Shown: one piece after another, positions 55,615 to 64,000 of the stretch
How the letters are laid out: each line of letters starts with the position of its first letter
How positions within the stretch are numbered: position 1 is the first letter of the stretch
Notes under the pieces: model-generated
What the model was told of the DNA's origin: nothing
Seen by the model: the letters and a program-made list of their open reading frames with translations, nothing else
Database searches by the model: none
Source: Eledone cirrhosa
Taxonomy: Eukaryota
Assembly (NCBI GenBank): GCA_964016885.1
Contig: OZ024740.1
Span: 417,632,001-417,696,000 of the forward strand
Length of the DNA: 64,000 bases
Direction: 5' to 3'
Program-made: the position numbers and the translations under genes

Positions 55615-56880
55615 AGACCACAGCTCTGATATTACAGACATGTGGCTAGAATGTCTCAGGAAAGAATCTCCGAATTGAGAGACCACAGCTCTGATATTAC
55701 AGACATGTGGCTAGAATGTCTCAGGAAAGAATCTCCGAATTGAGAGACGACAGCTCTGATATTACAGACATGTGGCTAGAATGTCTCAGGAAAGAATCTT
55801 CGAATTGAGAGATCACAGCTCTGATATTACAGACATGTGGTTAGAACGTCTCAGGAAAGAATCTCTGAATTGAGAGACGACAGCTCTGATATTACAGACA
55901 TGTGGCTAGAATATCTCAGGAAAGAATCTCTGAATTGAGAGATCAGAGCTCTGATATTACAGACGTGTGGCAAGAATGTCTCAGGAAAGATTCTCTGAAT
56001 TGAGAGACCACAGCTCTGATACTACAGACATGTGGTTAGAATGTCTCAGGAAAGAATCTCTGAATTGAGAGACCACAGCTCCGATACTACAGACATGTGG
56101 TCAGAATGTCTCAGGAAAGAGTCTCTGAATTGAGAGACCACAGCTCCGATATTACAGACATGTGGCTAGAATATCTCAGGAAAGAATCTATGAATTGAGA
56201 GACGACAGCTCTGATATTACAGACATGTGGTTAGAATGTCTCAGGAAAGAATCTCCGAATTGAAAGACCACAGCTCTGATATTACAGACATGTGGCTAGA
56301 ATGTCTCAGGAAAGAATCTCCGAATTGAGAGACCACAGCTCTGATATTACAGACATGTGGCTAGAATGTCTCAGGAAAGAATCTCCGAATTGAGAGACGA
56401 CAGCTCTGATATTACAGACATGTGGCTAGAATGTCTCAGGAAAGAATCTTCGAATTGAGAGATCACCGCTCTGATATTACAGACATGTGGTTAGAACGTC
56501 TCAGGAAAGAATCTCTGAATTGAGAGACGACAGCTCTGATATTACAGACATATGGCTAGAATATCTCAGGAAAGAATCTCTGAATTGAGAGATCAGAGCT
56601 CTGATATTACAGACGTGTGGCAAGAATGTCTCAGGAAAGATTCTCTGAATTGAGAGACCACAGCTCTGATACTACAGACATGTGGTTAGAATGTCTCAGG
56701 AAAGAATCTCTGAATTGAGAGACCACAGCTCCGATACTACAGACATGTGGTCAGAATGTCTCAGGAAAGAGTCTCTGAATTGAGAGACCACAGCTCCGAT
56801 ATTACAGACATGTGGCTAGAATATCTCAGGAAAGAATCTATGAATTGAGAGACGACAGCTCTGATATTACAGACATGTGG
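55615..56880 (+). repeat. Tandem duplication, period 650 bp (10 monomers), ~2 copies
   Basis: tggtcagaat at 56101/56751 and aatctatgaa at ~56190/56840; gatcagagc and agattctct repeat at +650. Confidence 0.85.
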
Positions 56881-59800
56881 CTAAAATGTCTCAGGAAAGA
56901 ATCTCCGAATTGAGAGACCACAGCTCTGATATTACAGACATGTGGCTAGAATATCTCAGGAAAGAATCTCTGAATTGAGAGATCACAGCTCTGATATTAC
57001 AGTCATGGGGCTAGAATGTCTCAGGAAAGAATCTCCGAATTGAAAGATCACAGCTCTGATATTACAGACATGTGGTTAGAATGTCTCAGGAAAGAATCTC
57101 CGAATTGAAAGACCACAGCTCTGATATTACAGACATGTGGCTAGAATGTCTCAGGAAAGAATCTCCGAATTGAGAGACCACAGCTCTGATATTACAGACA
57201 TGTGGCTAGAATATCTCAGGAAAGAATCTCTGAATTGAGAAGAGATCACAGCTCTGATATTACAGGCATGGGGCTAGAATGTCTCAGGAAAGAATCTCCG
57301 AATTGAAAGAACACAGCTCTGATATTACAGACATGTGGCTAGAATGTCTCAGGAAAGAATCTCCGAATTGTGAGACGACAGCTCTGATATTACAGACATG
57401 TGGCTAGAATGTCTCAGGAAAGAATCTCTGAATTGAGAGACGACAGCTCTGATATTACAGACATGTGGCTAAAATGTCTCAGGAAAGAATCTCCGAATTG
57501 AGAGACCACAGCTCTGATATTACAGACATGTGGCTAGAATGTCTCAGGAAAGAATCTCCGAATTGAAAGACCACAGCCTCTGATATTACAGACATGTGGC
57601 TAGAATGTCTCAGGAAAGAATCTCCGAATTGAGAGACGACAGCTCTGATATTACAGACATGTGGCTAGAATGTCTCAGGAAAGAATCTCTGAATTGAGAG
57701 ATCACAGCTCTGATATTACAGACATGTGTTTAGAATGTCTCAGGAAAGAATATTTGAATTGAGAGACCACAGTTCTGATATTACAGACATATGGTTAGAA
57801 TGTCTCAGGAAAGAGTCTCTGAATTTAGAGACAACGGCTCTGATGTTACAGACATGTGGTTAGAATGTCTCAGGAAAGAGTCTCTGAATTGAGAGACGAC
57901 AGCTTTTATATAACAGACATGTGGCTAGAATATCTCAGGAAAGAATCTCTGAATTGAGAGATCACAGCTCTGATATTACAGACATGTGGCAAGAATGTCT
58001 CAGGAAAGAATCTCTGAATTGAGAGACCACAGCTCTGATAGTTCAGACATGTGGTTAGAATGTCTCAGGAAAGAATCTCCGAATTGAGAGACCACAGCTC
58101 TGATATTACAGACATGTGGCTAGAATGTCTCAGGAAAGAATCTCCGAATTGAGAGACCACAGCTCTGATACTACAGACATGTGGTTAGAATGTCTCAGGA
58201 AAGAATCTCTGAATTGAGAGACCACAGCTCCGATACTACAGACATGTGGTCAGAATGTCTCAGGAAAGAGTCTCTGAATTGAGAGACCACAGCTCCGATA
58301 TTACAGACATGTGGCTAGAATATCTCAGGAAAGAATCTATGAATTGAGAGACGACAGCTCTGATATTACAGACATGTGGCTAAAATGTCTCAGGAAAGAA
58401 TCTCCGAATTGAGAGACCACAGCTCTGATATTACAGACATGTGGCTAGAATATCTCAGGAAAGAATCTCTGAATTGAGAGATCACAGCTCTGATATTACA
58501 GTCATGGGGCTAGAATGTCTCAGGAAAGAATCTCCGAATTGAAAGATCACAGCTCTGATATTACAGACATGTGGTTAGAATGTCTCAGGAAAGAATCTCC
58601 GAATTGAAAGACCACAGCTCTGATATTACAGACATGTGGCTAGAATGTCTCAGGAAAGAATCTCCGAATTGAGAGACCACAGCTCTGATATTACAGACAT
58701 GTGGCTAGAATATCTCAGGAAAGAATCTCTGAATTGAGAAGAGATCACAGCTCTGATATTACAGGCATGGGGCTAGAATGTCTCAGGAAAGAATCTCCGA
58801 ATTGAAAGAACACAGCTCTGATATTACAGACATGTGGCTAGAATGTCTCAAGAAAGAATCTCCGAATTGTGAGACGACAGCTCTGATATTACAGACATGT
58901 GGCTAGAATGTCTCAGGAAAGAATCTCTGAATTGAGAGACGACAGCTCTGATATTACAGACATGTGGCTAAAATGTCTCAGGAAAGAATCTCCGAATTGA
59001 GAGACCACAGTTCTGATATTACAGACATGTGGCTAGAATGTCTCAGGAAAGAATCTCCGAATTGAAAGACCACAGCCTCTGATATTACAGACATGTGGCT
59101 AGAATGTCTCAGGAAAGAATCTCCGAATTGAGAGACGACAGCTCTGATATTACAGACATGTGGCTAGAATGTCTCAGGAAAGAATCTCTGAATTGAGAGA
59201 TCACAGCTCTGATATTACAGACATGTGGTTAGAATGTCTCAGGAAAGAATCTTTGAATTGAGAGACCACAGTTCTGATATTACAGACATATGGTTAGAAT
59301 GTCTCAGGAAAGAGTCTCTGAATTTAGAGACAACGGCTCTGATGTTACAGACATGTGGTTAGAATGTCTCAGGAAAGAGTCTCTGAATTGAGAGACGACA
59401 GCTTTTATATAACAGACATGTGGCTAGAATATCTCAGGAAAGAATCTCTGAATTGAGAGATCACAGCTCTGATATTACAGACATGTGGCAAGAATGTCTC
59501 AGGAAAGAATCTCTGAATTGAGAGACCACAGCTCTGATAGTTCAGACATGTGGTTAGAATGTCTCAGGAAAGAATCTCCGAATTGAGAGACCACAGCTCT
59601 GATATTACAGACATGTGGCTAGAATGTCTCAGGAAAGAATCTCCGAATTGAGAGACCACAGCTCTGATACTACAGACATGTGGTTAGAATGTCTCAGGAA
59701 AGAATCTCTGAATTGAGAGACCACAGCTCCGATACTACAGACATGTGGTCAGAATGTCTCAGGAAAGAGTCTCTGAATTGAGAGACCACAGCTCCGATAT

Positions 59801-61168
59801 TACAGACATGTGGCTAGAATATCTCAGGAAAGAATCTATGAATTGAGAGACGACAGCTCTGATATTACAGACATGTGGCTAAAATGTCTCAGGAAAGAAT
59901 CTCCGAATTGAGAGACCACAGCTCTGATATTACAGACATGTGGCTAGAATATCTCAGGAAAGAATCTCTGAATTGAGAGATCACAGCTCTGATATTACAG
60001 TCATGGGGCTAGAATGTCTCAGGAAAGAATCTCCGAATTGAAAGATCACAGCTCTGATATTACAGACATGTGGTTAGAATGTCTCAGGAAAGAATCTCCG
60101 AATTGAAAGACCACAGCTCTGATATTACAGACATGTGGCTAGAATGTCTCAGGAAAGAATCTCCGAATTGAGAGACCACAGCTCTGATATTACAGACATG
60201 TGGCTAGAATATCTCAGGAAAGAATCTCTGAATTGAGAAGAGATCACAGCTCTGATATTACAGGCATGGGGCTAGAATGTCTCAGGAAAGAATCTCCGAA
60301 TTGAAAGAACACAGCTCTGATATTACAGACATGTGGCTAGAATGTCTCAAGAAAGAATCTCCGAATTGTGAGACGACAGCTCTGATATTACAGACATGTG
60401 GCTAGAATGTCTCAGGAAAGAATCTCTGAATTGAGAGACGACAGCTCTGATATTACAGACATGTGGCTAAAATGTCTCAGGAAAGAATCTCCGAATTGAG
60501 AGACCACAGTTCTGATATTACAGACATGTGGCTAGAATGTCTCAGGAAAGAATCTCCGAATTGAAAGACCACAGCCTCTGATATTACAGACATGTGGCTA
60601 GAATGTCTCAGGAAAGAATCTCCGAATTGAGAGACGACAGCTCTGATATTACAGACATGTGGCTAGAATGTCTCAGGAAAGAATCTCTGAATTGAGAGAT
60701 CACAGCTCTGATATTACAGACATGTGGTTAGAATGTCTCAGGAAAGAATCTTTGAATTGAGAGACCACAGTTCTGATATTACAGACATATGGTTAGAATG
60801 TCTCAGGAAAGAGTCTCTGAATTTAGAGACAACGGCTCTGATGTTACAGACATGTGGTTAGAATGTCTCAGGAAAGAGTCTCTGAATTGAGAGACGACAG
60901 CTTTTATATAACAGACATGTGGCTAGAATATCTCAGGAAAGAATCTCTGAATTGAGAGATCACAGCTCTGATATTACAGACATGTGGCAAGAATGTCTCA
61001 GGAAAGAATCTCTGAATTGAGAGACCACAGCTCTGATAGTTCAGACATGTGGTTAGAATGTCTCAGGAAAGAATCTCCGAATTGAGAGACCACAGCTCTG
61101 ATATTACAGACATGTGGCTAGAATGTCTCAGGAAAGAATCTCCGAATTGAGAGACCACAGCTCTGATA
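56647..61168 (+). repeat. Tandem triplication, period 1499 bp (23 monomers + 4), 3 copies
   Basis: +3 marker at 57241/58740/60239; cagcctctg (+1), gaatttagag, gcttttatataac and gatagttcag each occur three times at 1499-bp spacing. Confidence 0.93.
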
Positions 61169-64000
61169 TTACAGACATGTGGCTAGAATATCTCAGGAAA
61201 GAATCTCTGAATTGAGAGATCACAGCTCTGATATTACAGGCATGGGGCTAGAATGTCTCAGGAAAGAATCTCCGAATTGAAAGATCACAGCTCTGATATT
61301 ACAGACATGTGGCTAGAATGTCTCAGGAAAGAATCTCCGAATTGAGAGACCACAGCTCTGATATTACAGACATGTGGCTAGAATGTCTCAGGAAAGAATC
61401 TCCGAATTGAGAGACCACAGCTCTGATATTACAGACATGTAACTAGAATGTCTCAGGAAAGAATCTCCGAATTGAGAGACGACAGCTCTGATATTACAGA
61501 CATGTGGCTAGAATGTCTCAGGAAAGAATCTTCGAATTGAGAGATCACAGCTCTGATATTACAGACATGTGGTTAGAATGTCTTTGGAAAGAATCTCTGA
61601 ATTGAGAGACGACAGCTCTGATATTACAGACGTGGGGCTAGAATGTCTCAGGAAAGAATCTCTGAATTGAGAGACCACAGCTCTGATATTACAGACATGT
61701 GGCTAGAATATCTCAGGAAAGAATCTCCGAATTGAGAGACCAGAGCTCTGATATTACAGACATGTGGCAAGAATGTCTCAGGAAAGAATCTCTGAATTGA
61801 GAGACCTACAGACATGTGGTTAGAATGTCTCAGGAAAGAATCTCCGAATTGAGAGACCACAGCTCTGATATTACAGACATGTGGCTAGAATATCTCAGGA
61901 AAGAATCTCTGAATTGACAGATCACAGCTCTGATATTACAGACATGTGGCAAGAATGTCTCAGGAAAGAATCTCTGAATTGAGAGACCACAGCTCTGATA
62001 CTACAGACATGTGGTTAGAATATCTCAGGAAAGTATCTCCGAATTGAGAGACCACAGCCCTGATATTACAGACATGTGGCTAGAATGTCTCAGGAAAGAA
62101 TCTCCGAATTGAGACAACCACAGCTCTGATATTACAGACATGTGGCTAGAATATCTCAGGAAAGAATCTCTGAATTGAGAGATCACAGCTCTGATATTAC
62201 AGGCATGGGACTAGAATGTCTCAGGAAAGAATCTCCGAATTGAAAGATCACAGCTCTGATATTACAGACATGTGGATAGAATGTCTCAGGAAAGAATCTC
62301 CGAATTGAAAGACCACAGCTGTGATATTACAGACATGTGGCTAGAATGTCTCAGGAAAGAATCTCCGAATTGAGAGACCACAGCTCTGATATTACAGACA
62401 TGTGGCTAGAATGTCTCAGGAAAGAATCTCCGAATTGAGAGACGACAGCTCTGATATTACAGACATGTGGTTAGAATGTCTCAGGAAAGAATCTCTGAAT
62501 TGAGAGACGACAGCTCTGATATTACAGACATGTGGCTACAATGTCTCAGGAAAGAATCTCTGAATTGAGAGACGACAGCTCTGATATTACAGACATGTGG
62601 CTAGAATATCTCAGGAAAGAATCTCTGAATTGAGAGATCATTGCTCTGATATTACAGACATGTGGCAAGAATGTCTCAGGAAAGAATCTCTGAATTGAGA
62701 GACCACAGCTCTGATACTACAGACATGTGGTTAGAATGTCTCAGGAAAGAATCTCTGAATTGAGAGACCACAGCTCTGATACTACAGAGATGTGGCTAGA
62801 CTATCTCAGGAAAGAATCTGTGAATTGAGAGATCACAGCTCTGATATTACAGACATGTGGCTAAAATGTCTCAGGAAAGAATCTCCGAATTGAGAGACCA
62901 CAGCTCTGATATTACAGACATGTGGCTAGAATATCTCAGGAAAGAATCGCTGAATTGAGAGATCACAGCTCTGATATTATAGTCATGGGGCTAGAATGTC
63001 TCAGGAAAGAATCTCCGAATTGAAAGATCACAGCTCTGATATACAGACATGTGGTTAGAATGTCTCAGGAAAGAATCTCCGAATTGAAAGACCACAGCTC
63101 TGATATTACAGACATGTGGCTAGAATGTCTCAGGAAAGAATCTCCGAATTGAGAGACCACAGCTCTGATATAACAGACATGTGGCTAGAATGTCTCAGGA
63201 AAGAATCTCTGAATTGAGAAGAGATCACAACTCTGATATTACTGGTATGGGGCTAGAATGTCTCAGGAAAGAATCTCCGAATTGAAAGAACACAGCTCTG
63301 ATATTACAGACATGTGGATAGAATGTCTCAGGAAAGAATCTCCGAATTGAAAGACCACAGCTCTGATATTACAGACATGTGGCTAGAATGTCTCAGGAAA
63401 GAATCTCCGAATTGAAAGACCACAGCTCTGATATTACAGACATGTGGCTAGATTGTCTCAGGAAAGAATCTCCGAATTGAGAGACCACAGCTCTGATATT
63501 ACAGACATGTGGCTAGTATGTCACAGGAAAGAATCTCTGAATTGAGAGATCACAGCTCTGATATTACAGACATGTGGTTAGAATGTCTCAGGAAAGAATC
63601 TTTGAATTGAGAGACCACAGTTCTGATATTACAGACATATGGTTAGAATGTCTCAGGAAAGAGTCTCTGAATTGAGAGACAACGGCTCTGATGTTACAGG
63701 CATGTGGTTAGAATGTCTCAGGAAAGAATCTCTGAATTGAGAGACCACAGCTCTGATACTACAGACATGTGGTTAGAATGTCTCAGGAAAGAATCTCCGA
63801 ATTGAGAGACCCCAGCTCTGATATTACAGACATGAGGCTAGAATATCTCAGGAAAGAATCTCTGAATTGAGAGATCACAGCTCTGATATTACAGACATGT
63901 GGCAAGAATGTCTCAGGAAAGAATCTCTGAATTGAGAGACCACAGCTCTGATACTACAGACATGTGGTTAGAATGTCTCAGGAAAGAATCTCCGAATTGA

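Larger units (their letters stand above)
1..64000 (+). repeat. 65-bp tandem satellite DNA array, ~985 monomers, single orientation, open at both window ends
   Basis: First monomer 1-65 (catgtggttagaatgtctcaggaaagagtctctgaattgagagaccacagctctgatactacaga) recurs every 65 bp to the end of the window, with only point substitutions and rare indels (+1, -1, +3, -13). Confidence 0.99.
41300..64000 (+). repeat. Satellite sub-domain C (marked by +3, -1 and -13 indel monomers)
   Basis: Seen only here: +3 attgagaAGAgatc (41531, 42963, 44395, ~46802, ~49001, ~49914, ~51788, ~53987, 57241, 58740, 60239, ~63220), -T gtggtagaat, and the 13-bp deletion gagagacc|tacagac (47653, 51155, 52964, 61806). Confidence 0.75.

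Noticed and set aside
61648-61860. 70-aa minus-strand ORF
   Set aside because: Same artefact, spanning the deletion at 61806; identity with the other ORFs reflects block duplication, not coding constraint.
1-64000. CRISPR array (65-bp period with palindromic elements)
   Set aside because: There are no unique spacers: the whole 65 bp is repeated with scattered point variants. No leader or cas genes in the window.
1-64000. Giant repetitive coding exon (mucin- or zinc-finger-like)
   Set aside because: The period of 65 is not a multiple of 3, so stops rotate through all frames; the ORF track has nothing longer than 79 aa.
1-64000. Compensatory covariation in dyad 1 (mirror variants C1T/G15A, A2G/T14C, T3A/A13T)
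   Set aside because: The mirror variants exist, but I did not see them together in the same stem, so there is no evidence of structure-preserving covariation.

Overview
The whole 64 kb window is one uninterrupted head-to-tail satellite array of a 65-bp monomer (~985 copies, consensus ~40% GC): CATGTGG(T/C)TAGAATGTCTCAGGAAAGA(A/G)TCTC(T/C)GAATTGAGAGA(C/T)CACAGCTCTGATATTACAGA. I saw no unique sequence, transposon, inversion, RNA gene or credible protein-coding gene. The four listed ORFs are by-products of a 13-bp deletion variant of the monomer. I do not recognise the satellite family or organism; the organisation resembles eukaryotic (peri)centromeric or heterochromatic satellite, which is inference. 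Diagnostic variants reveal three things. (i) Layered sub-domains, each with its own indel markers. (ii) Many recent multi-monomer tandem duplications with different periods (88, 30, 38/34, 55, 33, 29, 22, 10 and 23 monomers) rather than one fixed higher-order repeat. (iii) A monomer built from adjacent quasi-palindromes in which several recurrent variants are exactly the changes that perfect the dyad. All periods and boundaries were read by eye from marker variants and are approximate.
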